This document shows positions 25,422-35,971 of a DNA stretch of 64,000 nt, piece after piece. A program made the position numbers and the translations under genes. The notes under the pieces were generated by a model that saw only the letters and a program-made list of their open reading frames with translations, searched no databases and was not told the DNA's origin. The stretch lies in contig OZ251506.1 in assembly GCA_965242835.1 (NCBI GenBank), forward strand, positions 3,907,860-3,971,859. Reading direction: 5' to 3'. The DNA comes from Vicinamibacterales bacterium (GTDB taxonomy: Bacteria > Acidobacteriota > Vicinamibacteria > Vicinamibacterales > UBA8438). Position 1 is the first letter of the stretch. Every line of letters starts with the position of its first letter.

Positions 25422-26978
25422 TCACGCCGCGCGCTCCACCTCGAAGGCCACCAGGTTGCGGGCGTCCCTGCTGAACTCCACGGCGATCAGGTGAATCGGC
25501 TGCCCCAGGCGCCGGTACTTGTCCGCGTAGCGCCTCTCCTTCAACTGCGCCATCGCCGCGCCCTCGGGCTCCAGCTCCACCACCTTGAACTCGAACAGGT
25601 ACACGTTGGCGTTGAACCGCACCGCCATGTCCAGGCGCCCGCGGCTCGTGCTGTCCTCCACCGTCACGTCCAGGCCCAGCCCCGCGAAGTAGGAGTAGAA
25701 CACGCTCGCGTAATACCCCTCGAAGCGCGCGATGTCGTTGTTGGCGTACCACTGGTGGGGAATGCTGGCGTAGAAGGCGTGGAACAGCGTCTTCAGGCCC
25801 GCGAAGTCGTTGGCTTCGAGCAGTTCGTGGAGCCGGATGCTGTTGGCCGTCTGGCGCGTCGAGTCTCCGGCCAGGTGGCGCGACAGGCTGTCGTTGAGGC
25901 TCTGGCGCACTTCCTGGTTCGGATAGCCCAGGCGGTACACCGTCCGGCCGCCGACGCGCTTGTGGTCCCGGATGGTCAGATAGCCGGTCTGGAACAGCAG
26001 CGCCTCGGTCGCCATGTCGTCCACGTCGAAGGTCGAGAGCAGGTCGTCGGTGCCGGCGATCCCTTCCAGGGCGAAGGAGCCCACCCCCCGCTTGACCAGC
26101 GTGTCGATCAGGAACGTCGGCGTGCCGGTCCGGAACCAGTGGGCGGCGAACTCGCGGCTGCGGAAGAGCAACAGGATGTCGAAGGGGTTGTAGACCCACT
26201 CACCGCCCAGCCAGTCGTAGCCGTTGTACCAGCGCCGGATCTCGTCGCGGTCCAGCCCCGGCAGCTCCGGCGCGAACACCGCGTCCAGGTCCGCGTCGGT
26301 GTAGCCGCAGATGGTGGAGTAGCGTGGGTCAAGGGTGATGTCGGTGAGGTTGTTGAGGCCGGAGAACAGGCTGACCTTCGAGAACTTGCTCACCCCGGTG
26401 ATGAACGTGAACCGGACGTGGGCGTCGCTGTCCTTCACGACCGAGTACACGCCGCGCAGGAAGTCCCGGTTCGCGCGGGCGACGTCCGGCGCGGCCAGCG
26501 CGTCCAGGATGGGCTTGTCGTACTCGTCCACCAGCACCACCACCCGCCGCCCGGTCTCGCGGTGCAGCGCCGCGAGCAACGCGGCGAAGCGTCCGGGGGC
26601 CGTGGCGTAGTCGGTGGACACCCGCGCCTCGGCCTCGGCTGCGGCCAGCTTCTCCATGAAGTTCGCTTCCAGGAAACCCGGTTCCCTGAAGTTGCCGTAA
26701 CCGAAGCTGAGCCGCAGCACCGGGTGAGGCGCCGGCCGGTCCCGGCGCCCGTGGACGGCCAGCCCTTCGAACAGCGCCTCGGCGCCCTCGAAGAACTCCT
26801 TCAGGGTGTCCAGGAACAGGCTCTTGCCGAAGCGCCGCGGGCGGGACAGGAAGTAGTGCTTGCCGCCGTCATCGAGCAGCCGGCCGATGAAGGCGGTCTT
26901 GTCGACGTAGTACAGGCCCTCCTCGCGGATCTCGCGGAAGGTCTGGACGCCGATGGGCAGCTTGCGTCTCGAAGTCAT
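25422..26978 (-). CDS. AAA-ATPase_like + PD-(D/E)XK (PDDEXK_9/DUF1703-type) protein
   Basis: MTSRRKLPIGVQTFREIREEGLYYVDKTAFIGRLLDDGGKHYFLSRPRRFGKSLFLDTL... is the characteristic N-terminus of this family. The C-terminus ...RLDMAVRFNANVYLFEFKV... is nuclease-like. Confidence 0.85.
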   Translation of the reverse strand: MTSRRKLPIGVQTFREIREEGLYYVDKTAFIGRLLDDGGKHYFLSRPRRFGKSLFLDTLKEFFEGAEALFEGLAVHGRRDRPAPHPVLRLSFGYGNFREPGFLEANFMEKLAAAEAEARVSTDYATAPGRFAALLAALHRETGRRVVVLVDEYDKPILDALAAPDVARANRDFLRGVYSVVKDSDAHVRFTFITGVSKFSKVSLFSGLNNLTDITLDPRYSTICGYTDADLDAVFAPELPGLDRDEIRRWYNGYDWLGGEWVYNPFDILLLFRSREFAAHWFRTGTPTFLIDTLVKRGVGSFALEGIAGTDDLLSTFDVDDMATEALLFQTGYLTIRDHKRVGGRTVYRLGYPNQEVRQSLNDSLSRHLAGDSTRQTANSIRLHELLEANDFAGLKTLFHAFYASIPHQWYANNDIARFEGYYASVFYSYFAGLGLDVTVEDSTSRGRLDMAVRFNANVYLFEFKVVELEPEGAAMAQLKERRYADKYRRLGQPIHLIAVEFSRDARNLVAFEVERAA

Positions 26979-27174
26979 GACGACCCGCCGCCGGACGCGG
27001 CGCCGCCGGTCCCGAAGGCGCCGACGAAGCGTCCGAGTCGCCCGCCGGAATTCTTCATGGCGTCCGCGATGCGCCGCATCGGCACGGCGATTCCGAACCG
27101 CCGACGATACCGCGGCCCCCGCCGCCCGAGCCGGACGTCGTCGTAGTCGACGAGTGCGATCACGCGCCGTTCCG

Positions 27175-28545
27175 CTACTCGCCGGCGTCCTTCGCGATGC
27201 GGTAGAGCTTCGACGCGGTGCGCAGGAAGAGGCTGCCGCGGGCGATCGCCGGGGTCGCCATCGTCATCTCGCCGCCGAGCGAGTTGCGCCGCAGCACCTC
27301 GAAGTCCTCGCCGGCCCGGATGACGAAGGTGTCCCCGTCCTCGCTCAGCGCGAAGATCCTGCCGTTGTAGGCCCAGGGCGACGCCGTGAACAGCGTTCCC
27401 GCGGTGACGCGCCGGCGCGGATAGACCGGCTGCCCGGTGCGGGCGTCGTAGCACATCAGGATGCCGCGATCGAGCAGCGTGTAGTGGTGGCCGCCGTAGA
27501 CGAGCGACGACGGGTTGTAGGAGCCGAGTTGCGGGTGCGACCAGACGACGTAGTCGTTGCTGGCGCTCCCCGGCCCCAGCGAGATGTCGCCGCTGGCGCC
27601 GGCGCGGACGGCGTACACCGGCCGGTTCGTGTCGGCGATGTAGCCGGAGTTGATGAAGAGCAGGCCGTGGTCGGCGAACGGGGTCGGGATGACGAGCGAC
27701 GACATGCCGTGCAGCTCCCAGAGCAGCTCGCCGTCGAGGCCGTAGGAGCGGACGCCGCCCGTGCCGGTGGTCACCAGCTCGGTGCGGACGTCGTTCTCCC
27801 AGACGAACGGCGTCGACCAGTTGGTCCCCTCGTCGCGGCCGGTGCGCCAGAGCTCCTCGCCGCTGGCCGCGTCGAAGGCCGCCACCCACGACTGCTCGTC
27901 GTTGTCGTTGACCACGTAGAGCCGGCCGTCGTGGAGCACCGGCGAGCCGGCCGCGCCCCAGTTGCGCCGCGGCAGCCACTCGAGCGGCGCCGACCACGCC
28001 TCTTCGCCCTCGAAGTCGACCGCGAAGATCCCTATGTCGGCCAGATAGACGTAGACGCGCTCGCCGTCGGTCACCGGGGTCTCCGACGCGAACGTGTTCT
28101 TCTGGTGCGCGGTCAGCGCCGGCGCCGCGGCGTGCAGCTCGCGCTCCCAGCGGACCGCCCCGGACTCGAAGTCGACGTCGTAGAGCACCCAGCGCAGCGG
28201 CTCCGCCTCCCGGTCTATGTCGGCGCCGGTCATCGACCCGCCCAGCGACCGCGCCCGGTAGGCCTCGATCGGCATCGGCTGCGCGTCGGTCTCGCCGCGG
28301 ACGCGGGTCACGGTCAGCACGAAGACGTGCTCGCCCCAGACGATGGGCGAGCTCCAGGCGCGCCCGGGCACGTCGATGCTCCAGGCTACGTTCTCGTCCG
28401 GCCCCCAGCGTTCCGGCAGCGCCGGATCGTCGGCGACCACGCCGGCCACTCCGCCGCGGAACTGCGGCCAGTTCGTCTGGGCCGAGGCGCCCGCCGCCGC
28501 CGACAGCGCCAACACCGACATCAGGATCACTCGCGTCGTCTTCAC
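27175..28545 (-). CDS. PQQ-like beta-propeller repeat protein (secreted)
   Basis: MKTTRVILMSVLALSAAAGASAQTNWPQFRGG... signal plus the typical WPQFRG start, with repeated propeller motifs. Confidence 0.85.
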   Translation of the reverse strand: MKTTRVILMSVLALSAAAGASAQTNWPQFRGGVAGVVADDPALPERWGPDENVAWSIDVPGRAWSSPIVWGEHVFVLTVTRVRGETDAQPMPIEAYRARSLGGSMTGADIDREAEPLRWVLYDVDFESGAVRWERELHAAAPALTAHQKNTFASETPVTDGERVYVYLADIGIFAVDFEGEEAWSAPLEWLPRRNWGAAGSPVLHDGRLYVVNDNDEQSWVAAFDAASGEELWRTGRDEGTNWSTPFVWENDVRTELVTTGTGGVRSYGLDGELLWELHGMSSLVIPTPFADHGLLFINSGYIADTNRPVYAVRAGASGDISLGPGSASNDYVVWSHPQLGSYNPSSLVYGGHHYTLLDRGILMCYDARTGQPVYPRRRVTAGTLFTASPWAYNGRIFALSEDGDTFVIRAGEDFEVLRRNSLGGEMTMATPAIARGSLFLRTASKLYRIAKDAGE

Positions 28546-28697
28546 CTCGGCCTCCCTGGAAACGTCAATCGTCGAGCCGGCTCCATTCTATCGCGCGGCC
28601 GCGCCTGCGCGCCGATGCGCCGCGAGCCCGGTCCGCCGGACGGCGCCTTCCCCGGCCCCCGCCGCGGCTCCGCGCCGACCCCGTACACTGTTGCGCC

Positions 28698-30542
28698 GTG
28701 ACCCTGATCCGCTGGACGGCGGCGTTCCTCCGCCCCTACCGCGCGCGCGTCGCCGCCGTCCTGGGGCTGTCGCTGGTCGAGATCGGCCTCGTCACCGCGG
28801 CGCCGTGGGCCCTGAAGCTGATCGTGGACAGCGTGCTCGGCGGGCAGCCGCTCCCCGCGCCGCTCGCCGCCCTCCTGCCGTTCGCCGCCGACTTCGGGAC
28901 GATCGCCCTGCTGGCGCTGTTCGCCGGCGGCGGCCTGCTCGTCGAGCTGTCGGCGGAGGCGGTCCGCCTGGCGCATACGCAGATCGAGGTGGACGTGGGC
29001 CAGCGGGTCGTCCACGACCTGCGCAGCCGCCTGCTGGAGCACCTGGAGGCGCTGCCCCTCCGGCACCATCTCACCCACCGCACGTCGGACGCGGTGTACC
29101 GGCTGGACGCCGACGCGTACTGCATCAACGACCTCGTCACCGGCGGCGCGCTGCCCATCGCCCTCGCGGCGCTGCATCTGGGCGTGATGTTCGCCGTGGT
29201 GCTGGCCCTCGACGCGGGGCTCGCGCTGCTGGCGCTGGCCGTGGCGCCGTTCCTGTACCTGTGCCTGCGCCACCACGCGACGACGCTGAGCGAGCGGGCC
29301 GAGCAGGTCAAGCTGCTCGAGTCCGGACTGGTCGAGCGGGCCTGGGAGACGCTGCGCTCCATCGCGGCGATCAAGAGCTTCGCCCGCGAACGGCACGAGC
29401 TCGGCCGCTTCGCCCGCGCCAGCCGCGACACGGCGCGGGCGCGGGTGCGCCTGACCTGGCAGGAGTCGCTGTTCTCGCTGGCCGTGACCACGGTGACGCT
29501 GGCCGGCACGGCCGTGATCCTCGTCCTGGGGGGGCTGCGCGTCGTGGAAGGGACGTTGACCGTCGGCGAGCTGCTCGTCGTCATCGCCTACCTGGCGCGC
29601 GTCTACGACCCGGTGGCCGCGATCGCCCACACCGTGGGCGCGCTGCAGCAGGCGGTCGTCGGGGCCGGCCGGGTGCGCGACGTCCTGGCGACGGCCCCGG
29701 AGCCGGCCGACGCGCCGGACGCGGTGGACGCCCGCGGCCTGGCCGGACACGTCCGCTTCGAAGACGTCTCGTTCTCGTACGACGGCGCGCGCACCGTCCT
29801 CGACGGCGTCAGCTTCGACGCGCGGCCCGGCGAACTGGTCGCCGTCGTCGGCCCGACCGGGGCCGGCAAGACGACCCTGGCGCACCTGATCCCGCGGCTC
29901 TTCGAGCCGACCGCGGGGCGCCTGCGGATCGACGGGCGCGACGCCGGGGCCTACCGCCTCCGCACGCTCCGCGAACGGATCGCGCTGGCGCCGCAGGACC
30001 CGCTGCTCTTCGCGGGCACCATCGCCGACAACGTCCGCTACGGACGGCTCGACGCCTCGGACGCGGAGGTCGAGCGCGCGGCCCGCGACGCGCAGATCCA
30101 CGACGCCGTCGCCCGGCTGCCGCGGGGCTACGACACCCCGGTCGAGGAGGCCGGGGCCACGCTCTCCGGCGGCGAGCGGCAGCGCCTCGGCCTCGCCCGG
30201 GCGCTGCTGAAGGACGCGCCGATCCTGATCCTCGACGAGCCGACGTCCGCCGTCGACACGATCGCCGAGGCCGCGGTGTTCGACGCCCTGCGCCGGCGGC
30301 GGGCGGCCCGGACGACGATCGTGATCGCCCACCGGCTGTCGACCATCCGCGACGCCACGCGCATCCTGGTCCTGCAGGACGGCCGTGTCACGGCGCAGGG
30401 GCCGCACGACGCGCTGCTCGCCGCCAGCGACTTGTACCGCCGCCTGTGGGAACGCCTGGCCGCCGGGGGCGCGCTCGACGATCCCGGCCCGGCGGGTTCC
30501 CCGGCCGCGGCGGCCGCCGATCCGGCGGCGCGATCTTCCTGA
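28698..30542 (+). CDS. ABC transporter permease/ATP-binding fusion (MsbA-like exporter)
   Basis: GTG start. Six-TM domain, then Walker A GPTGAGKTT, signature LSGGERQRLGLARAL and Walker B ILILDEPTSAVD. Confidence 0.9.
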   Translation: MTLIRWTAAFLRPYRARVAAVLGLSLVEIGLVTAAPWALKLIVDSVLGGQPLPAPLAALLPFAADFGTIALLALFAGGGLLVELSAEAVRLAHTQIEVDVGQRVVHDLRSRLLEHLEALPLRHHLTHRTSDAVYRLDADAYCINDLVTGGALPIALAALHLGVMFAVVLALDAGLALLALAVAPFLYLCLRHHATTLSERAEQVKLLESGLVERAWETLRSIAAIKSFARERHELGRFARASRDTARARVRLTWQESLFSLAVTTVTLAGTAVILVLGGLRVVEGTLTVGELLVVIAYLARVYDPVAAIAHTVGALQQAVVGAGRVRDVLATAPEPADAPDAVDARGLAGHVRFEDVSFSYDGARTVLDGVSFDARPGELVAVVGPTGAGKTTLAHLIPRLFEPTAGRLRIDGRDAGAYRLRTLRERIALAPQDPLLFAGTIADNVRYGRLDASDAEVERAARDAQIHDAVARLPRGYDTPVEEAGATLSGGERQRLGLARALLKDAPILILDEPTSAVDTIAEAAVFDALRRRRAARTTIVIAHRLSTIRDATRILVLQDGRVTAQGPHDALLAASDLYRRLWERLAAGGALDDPGPAGSPAAAAADPAARSS

Positions 30543-30720
30543 AGGAGCCGCCCGGAACCGGTGCGGCCGACGACGCCGAAGGGCAGGCCGGCCGGCTCCC
30601 TGCTGTGCCAGTTTCGCTCGCCGTTCGCCCCCCGTGTTAGAAAAAGGGTACATTTTCGATACCGAAGGGCTGGATAACGTATACATTTTGCAACTCCGGC
30701 CGTGAACGCCGGCGCGCGGG

Positions 30721-32085
30721 TCAGGCGTCGGCGGCCGACGCGGAGCGGCGGCCTCTCACTTCGCGATCGAGGAGCGCGGGAAGGCTCTCGACGGCGTAGA
30801 GCGGGACGGAAAGGATTCCGCCGCCGCGGTGGAACGGGCCGCCGTAGACGCGGACCGCGGCCTCGGGGCGGTAGCGCTCGACGAACGAGTGGAGGCTGCG
30901 CAGACGGCCGGTCTTGCCGGATTTCACTTCGACCGGGACCACCCGCCCGCCGGCGGGCAGGAGGTAGTCCACCTCGGCGGCGCTGCTGCTTTCCCGCCGC
31001 GCCCAGAAGAAGAGTTCGGGCGTCCGCTCCGGCGGTTGCGCGGCCAGGAGTTCCTGTCCCACGAACTGTTCGGCGACGGCGCCGTCGTGGATACGCATCG
31101 CGTCACCGTCCAGCAGGTCCTCGGTCGCTCCCAGCACGTTCTGCATCAAACCGACGTCGAACAGGACGAGCTTGTAGTAGCGGTCGTCCGCCTCGGCGCC
31201 GAGCGGCAGGCCGGCCCCGCTGGTGGCGCGGACCCTGTGAACGATTCCCGCCTTCTCCAGAAGATCCACCGCTTCCCGGAGGTCGCGCGACCGCGCGGCC
31301 GGGTCGGCCCGCGAATACACGAACTTGCGGCCCGCCATCCGCGCCGCGGCGGAGAACACCCGGTCGAGATGCTGGTGGCGGGACTGCCGGGCGTACTTGC
31401 GGAAGTCGTCGCGCAAGGTCTGGACGATCGCGGCCTGCAACCGCATCGCCCGCGCGGCGCTCCCGCTCTCGACGTACTCGGCGACGACTCCCGGCATGCC
31501 GCCGAGCAGCAGATAGGTTCGGAGCAGCCGCGACAGATGCTCGTGCGCCACCGCCGAAAGCGCAGGTTCCCACTGCCGCGACGCCGCCAGGGCGCCGTCC
31601 TCTCCCAGTGCGCGCAGGAACTCGGCGAAAGACAGCGGATGCAGGAACCACGACTCGATGCGGCCGACGGGCATCCGCAGGTCTTCGGAATCGAGGGCGA
31701 ATTCGAGAAGCGATCCGGCGCCGATCACGTGCAGTTCGGGCATCTGTTCCCGAAAGTACCGGAGCGCCACGACGGCCCGCGGGCATTCCTGGATCTCGTC
31801 GAGAAAGAGGAGCGTCCGGCCCGGCGCGACGAGCGGCCCGCGGAGCACCGCGAGCCGGTCGAGGATCGCTTGCGGCTCCAGGGTGTCGAAGCAACCGCGC
31901 CAGGCGGGCCGCTGCTCGAAGTTGACGATCGCCGCGTCCTCGAACCGCCGCTCGGCGAGCGCCCGGATCGTCCAGGTCTTCCCGACCTGCCGCGGACCGC
32001 GAATCAGGAGCGGCAGGCGGCGCTCGTCGTCGACCCACGCGTCGAGGGCGTCGTCCAGAACCCTGCGCAACCGGCGCCTCCCCAT
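30721..32085 (-). CDS. AAA_14/DUF4143-type ATPase (COG1373-like)
   Basis: LLIRGPRQVGKTWT Walker A, LLFLDEIQ Walker B, ...YKLVLFDVGLM... and AEVDYLLPAGGRVVPVEVKSGKTG nuclease-like C-terminus. Confidence 0.8.
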   Translation of the reverse strand: MGRRRLRRVLDDALDAWVDDERRLPLLIRGPRQVGKTWTIRALAERRFEDAAIVNFEQRPAWRGCFDTLEPQAILDRLAVLRGPLVAPGRTLLFLDEIQECPRAVVALRYFREQMPELHVIGAGSLLEFALDSEDLRMPVGRIESWFLHPLSFAEFLRALGEDGALAASRQWEPALSAVAHEHLSRLLRTYLLLGGMPGVVAEYVESGSAARAMRLQAAIVQTLRDDFRKYARQSRHQHLDRVFSAAARMAGRKFVYSRADPAARSRDLREAVDLLEKAGIVHRVRATSGAGLPLGAEADDRYYKLVLFDVGLMQNVLGATEDLLDGDAMRIHDGAVAEQFVGQELLAAQPPERTPELFFWARRESSSAAEVDYLLPAGGRVVPVEVKSGKTGRLRSLHSFVERYRPEAAVRVYGGPFHRGGGILSVPLYAVESLPALLDREVRGRRSASAADA

Positions 32086-32187
32086 GCGGACTGCACGACG
32101 TCATGCTACAGGATGGCGAAAACAAGGGGCAAACAACGCCAGCGGGTGGCGAAAAAAGCGGGTTGTTCAAGCCAAAGCCAGCCGCCG

Positions 32188-33489
32188 TCACCCGACGTCG
32201 AGGAGGAATCGCCACGCCGGGACCACGTCGATGGCGCCGGCGCCGACCGGGATCGTCTCCTCCTCGCCGCGGGTCACGATCGTCCCGGCGCGCAGCCCCA
32301 GCTCGTCCATCGCCCGCCGCAGCGCCGTCACCTCCCGCTTGCGCGTCCGCGGCTCCGCCAGCGACTCGCAGACCTGGACCAGGAGGCGGGAGCCGTCCGG
32401 CATCCGCGCCGCGAAGTCCACTTCGCGCCCGTTCGCGCCCTTGAAGTAGCGGATCTCCGGCGTGCGCCGGCGCAGCGCAGTGAACACCAGGTTCTCGAGC
32501 AGATGGCCGGCGTTGACGAGGACGCCCGAGCCGACCGACCTCGCCAGCGCGTGGTCGATGCAGTAGATCTTCTTCGGGTTCGCGTGGGCGCGCGTCAGCG
32601 AGGCGTCGAAGACGCGCACCGTGAACAGGAAGAAGGCGTCCTCGAACCACTCCACGTAGTCGGCGACGGCCGACTTCGGCGCCCGGTGCCCGAGCGAGTG
32701 CAGGTACGCGGTGAGCCGGTTGACGGAATAGAGCGACGCGGCGGCGTCGACCAGCCGGTGCGCGAGGTCCGAGACCGCCCGGGGGTGGGCCACGTCGTGG
32801 CGCTCCACGAGGTCGCGGAACAGCATCGCGCCCCAGTACTCCTGGTGGATCCGGATGCGCAGCGCGCGGTCGAGTCCCGCCACCTCCGGAAAGCCGCCCC
32901 GCTCCCAGTACTCCTCGAACGCCTTGCGCACCAGGAGGCGCCGGCGCGTCGACAGCGGGCCGCCGGCGTCGATGCCCCGGAAGTCGAGGAACTCCCGGAA
33001 CGAAAAGGGGAAGATCTCCCACGACAGCGCCCGCCCGCGCATCTGGGTCGCGATCTCCCGCGACAACAGTCGGGCCGAAGATCCGGTAACGTGCACCGTG
33101 CACTTTTCGGTCCGCATCAGGCGGTCGACGAACGGCTCCCAACCCGGCACGACCTGGAGCTCGTCGAAGAAGCAGTGGACCGTTTCGGTGTTCTTCTTCT
33201 CCGGATGGAGGGCGAAATAGGCGTCCGCCACGGCGCCGGGGCCGTCGCGCTGCAGACGGCGGAGGCGGTCGTCGAAGAAGTTCAGGTAGAGCACGTTCTC
33301 GCGCGGCACGCCGCGATCGAGCAGCTTCCGCACCTGCTGGAACAGGAACGTCGACTTGCCGGCGCGCCGCGGACCGATGCAGACGGTGGCCTTGCCCGGC
33401 GCCGCCGTCACGTCGACCCGGCGCGGCACGCCGGTCGGCAGCTCCGCCTCGCGGAAGTCGAGGATGATGTCCTTCAGCGAATCCGGCAT
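32188..33489 (-). CDS. AAA_14/DUF4143-type ATPase (second, diverged tandem copy)
   Basis: Start taken at ATG 33489 (MPDSLKDIILDF). VCIGPRRAGKSTFL Walker A, YLNFFDDR, ...KIYCIDHAL..., REVDFAARMPDGSRLLVQVCES C-terminus. Confidence 0.8.
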   Translation of the reverse strand: MPDSLKDIILDFREAELPTGVPRRVDVTAAPGKATVCIGPRRAGKSTFLFQQVRKLLDRGVPRENVLYLNFFDDRLRRLQRDGPGAVADAYFALHPEKKNTETVHCFFDELQVVPGWEPFVDRLMRTEKCTVHVTGSSARLLSREIATQMRGRALSWEIFPFSFREFLDFRGIDAGGPLSTRRRLLVRKAFEEYWERGGFPEVAGLDRALRIRIHQEYWGAMLFRDLVERHDVAHPRAVSDLAHRLVDAAASLYSVNRLTAYLHSLGHRAPKSAVADYVEWFEDAFFLFTVRVFDASLTRAHANPKKIYCIDHALARSVGSGVLVNAGHLLENLVFTALRRRTPEIRYFKGANGREVDFAARMPDGSRLLVQVCESLAEPRTRKREVTALRRAMDELGLRAGTIVTRGEEETIPVGAGAIDVVPAWRFLLDVG

Positions 33490-33560
33490 GGCCCTACCGG
33501 ACGGAATCATCGCCGAAAACATGCCGAATCGGCAACGTATTTTTCCAGAACAGCGGAACC

Positions 33561-34682
33561 ATGAGGATCCTCTTCGCCGGCATCATCGGGCGCTATCCGT
33601 TCGGCGGCGTCACCTGGTGCTCGCTGATGTACCTGCTCGGGCTGCGCGACCTCGGACACGAGGTCTGCTATCTCGAAGACACCGGCGAGTGCGTCTACGA
33701 CGCGGACGCCGACGCCATCTCCGAGGATCCCGCCTACGGCACGCGCTACATCCACGACGCCCTCGCGCCGCACGGCCTGGGGGACCGCTGGTGCTTCGTC
33801 AACTACGACGGGACCTGCCACGGCTGGTCGCGCGAACGGTTGCGGGACTACTGCCGCGGCGCCGACCTGTACGTCGACCTGTCGGGCGGCTGCTGGTTCT
33901 GGCGCGACGAGTACCGGGCCGTCCCGCGGCGGATCTTCATCGACTCGGACCCGGTGTTCACGCAGCTCGCCATCGCGAAGGGCGTCGCCTGGTACGTCGA
34001 TTTCTTCCGCGGTTTCGATCACCTCTTCACGTTCGGCGCGAACGTCGGCACGGCCGCCTGCGGTGTCCCGACCGGCGGGTTCACGTGGCGCAAGACGTGG
34101 CAGCCGGTCGTCACCCGGCTGTGGCGCGCCGGCCGCCCTCCGGCCGACGGCCGCTTCACGACCGTGATGACCTGGAAGACCGAAAGCTTCACCGACGTCG
34201 ACGGCGGCAAGGACCGGGAGTTCGTCCGGTTCATCGACCTGCCGGCGCGCACCCCGGCGCGATTCCGGCTCGCGGTCAACGGACCCCGCGAGCTGCTGCG
34301 CGAGCGCGGCTGGTCGCCGGTCGACGCGATGGCCGTCTCCCGCACCCCGGCGCGCTATCGGGACTTCATCCGGGAATCGAAGGCAGAGTTCGGCGTGGCG
34401 AAGCACGCCTACGTCGCGCACCGGTCCGGGTGGTTCAGCGACCGCACGGCCTGCTATCTGGCCGCGGGCCGCCCGGCCGTCGTGCAGGACACCGGGTGGA
34501 GCGCCCACCTGCCGTCGGGCACGGGCCTGGTCCCGTTCGCCACCGTCGACGAGGCGGTCGACGGTCTCGCCCGCGTGGAGAGCGACTACGCGCGGCACGC
34601 GGCACGGGCCGCCGAGATCGCCCGGGAGTGTTTCGACGCCTCGCGGGTCCTGCCGCCGCTGCTGGACGCGGCGTGCGGGTGA
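33561..34682 (+). CDS. glycosyltransferase-like protein (GT-B, CgeB/Glyco_trans_1_2-like C-terminus)
   Basis: MRILFAGIIGRYPFGGVTWCSLMYLLGL... and C-terminal ...FIRESKAEFGVAKHAYVAHRSGWFSDRTACYLAAGRPAVVQDTG...VPFATVDEAV.. pattern. Function unassigned. Confidence 0.6.
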   Translation: MRILFAGIIGRYPFGGVTWCSLMYLLGLRDLGHEVCYLEDTGECVYDADADAISEDPAYGTRYIHDALAPHGLGDRWCFVNYDGTCHGWSRERLRDYCRGADLYVDLSGGCWFWRDEYRAVPRRIFIDSDPVFTQLAIAKGVAWYVDFFRGFDHLFTFGANVGTAACGVPTGGFTWRKTWQPVVTRLWRAGRPPADGRFTTVMTWKTESFTDVDGGKDREFVRFIDLPARTPARFRLAVNGPRELLRERGWSPVDAMAVSRTPARYRDFIRESKAEFGVAKHAYVAHRSGWFSDRTACYLAAGRPAVVQDTGWSAHLPSGTGLVPFATVDEAVDGLARVESDYARHAARAAEIARECFDASRVLPPLLDAACG

Positions 34683-34871
34683 CCCGGAGCACGCATCGCG
34701 ATGCCTGGAACGACGCCGGGATTCGCGCCGGCGATCCGAACGCGGCGCGGCGGCTGGACGCGCCGTCCCGCGCGCCCCGGCACCGTGCGCGGCGTGGACC
34801 GTGGATCGGCCGGCGGGCGCGGCGGCGGCGGACGCGCCGGCGAGTGAGTGCAGGTTTCAGGGACTGCCCGG

Positions 34872-35930
34872 ATGCGGATCGCGCTCGTCGCCCCGGTCGC
34901 TCAATCGGTGCCGCCGGCCCGTTCCGGCTCGATCGAGACGGTGACGGACCTGCTGGCGCGGGGACTGGTCGCCCGCGGCCACGACGTCACGCTGTTCGCC
35001 GCGGGATCGTCCGCGACCCCGGCGCGGCTCCACGCCACCTTCGCGGAGGGGTACCACGCCGACGAGTCGCTCTGGCCGTGGGAGCTGTGCGAGCTGTTCA
35101 ACCTGAGCGCGGCGGTCAAGCGCGCCGCGACGTTCGACGTCATTCACGCGCAGGCGGAGTACGCGCCGCTCGGCCTGGCGTTCGCGCGGCTGTCCGCGGC
35201 GCCGCTCGCGCACACCGTCCACCACTGGCCGGCCGAGGCGGAGGTGGCGCTCTGGTCGCGCTGCCCGGACGCCCCGTTCATCGCCGTCTCCGCCGCCCAG
35301 GCCCGCCGGCTCGCCGGACTGACGGTGGCCGGCGTCGTGCACCACGCGGTGGACCCCGCCCGGTTCCCGTTCCGGCCCGAGCCCGACGACCACCTGCTGT
35401 TCTTGGGCCGCTTCACGGCTGGCAAGGGCGTAGTGGAGGCGATCGACGCGGCGCGGCGCGGCGGCCTGCGCCTCGTGCTCGCCGCGGCCGAAAACGACTA
35501 CTACCGGCGGACCGTCGCGCCGCTGGTCGACGGTGACCGGGTCGTCTACCGCGGGGAGGTCGACGCGGCGGCCCGGGCGGCGCTGCTGGGCGGGGCGCGG
35601 GCGCTGCTCTACCCCGTGCAGGCCGACGAGCCGTTCGGGCTGGTGCTGGCCGAGGCGATGACCTGCGGGACTCCGGTGGCGGCGCTCGACCGCGGCGCGG
35701 TCCGCGAACTCGTCGACGAGGGAGTCACCGGCCACGTCTTCGACGGTCTCGACGCCCTGGTGGCGGGCCTGCCGCGGACCGTGGCCCTCGATCGCGCGCG
35801 GGTCCGCCGCCGCGCCCTGGAACGCTTCCATCCGGACCGGATGATCGCGGAGTACGCCGAAATCTACGCCGGCCTGGCGGCGGCCGGGCGCCGGAGAAGG
35901 TCGTCCCCGAGTTCTGGCCGGCGCGCGTAG
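34872..35930 (+). CDS. glycosyltransferase family 4 protein
   Basis: ATG 34872 (MRIALVAPVAQSVPPARSGSIETV...) and EPFGLVLAEAMTCGTPVAALDRGAVRELV (E-x7-E GT4 motif). Confidence 0.85.
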   Translation: MRIALVAPVAQSVPPARSGSIETVTDLLARGLVARGHDVTLFAAGSSATPARLHATFAEGYHADESLWPWELCELFNLSAAVKRAATFDVIHAQAEYAPLGLAFARLSAAPLAHTVHHWPAEAEVALWSRCPDAPFIAVSAAQARRLAGLTVAGVVHHAVDPARFPFRPEPDDHLLFLGRFTAGKGVVEAIDAARRGGLRLVLAAAENDYYRRTVAPLVDGDRVVYRGEVDAAARAALLGGARALLYPVQADEPFGLVLAEAMTCGTPVAALDRGAVRELVDEGVTGHVFDGLDALVAGLPRTVALDRARVRRRALERFHPDRMIAEYAEIYAGLAAAGRRRRSSPSSGRRA

Positions 35931-35971
35931 AGGAACCCCGCGGACCGGACGGCGCGTTCGACGTGGACGAA

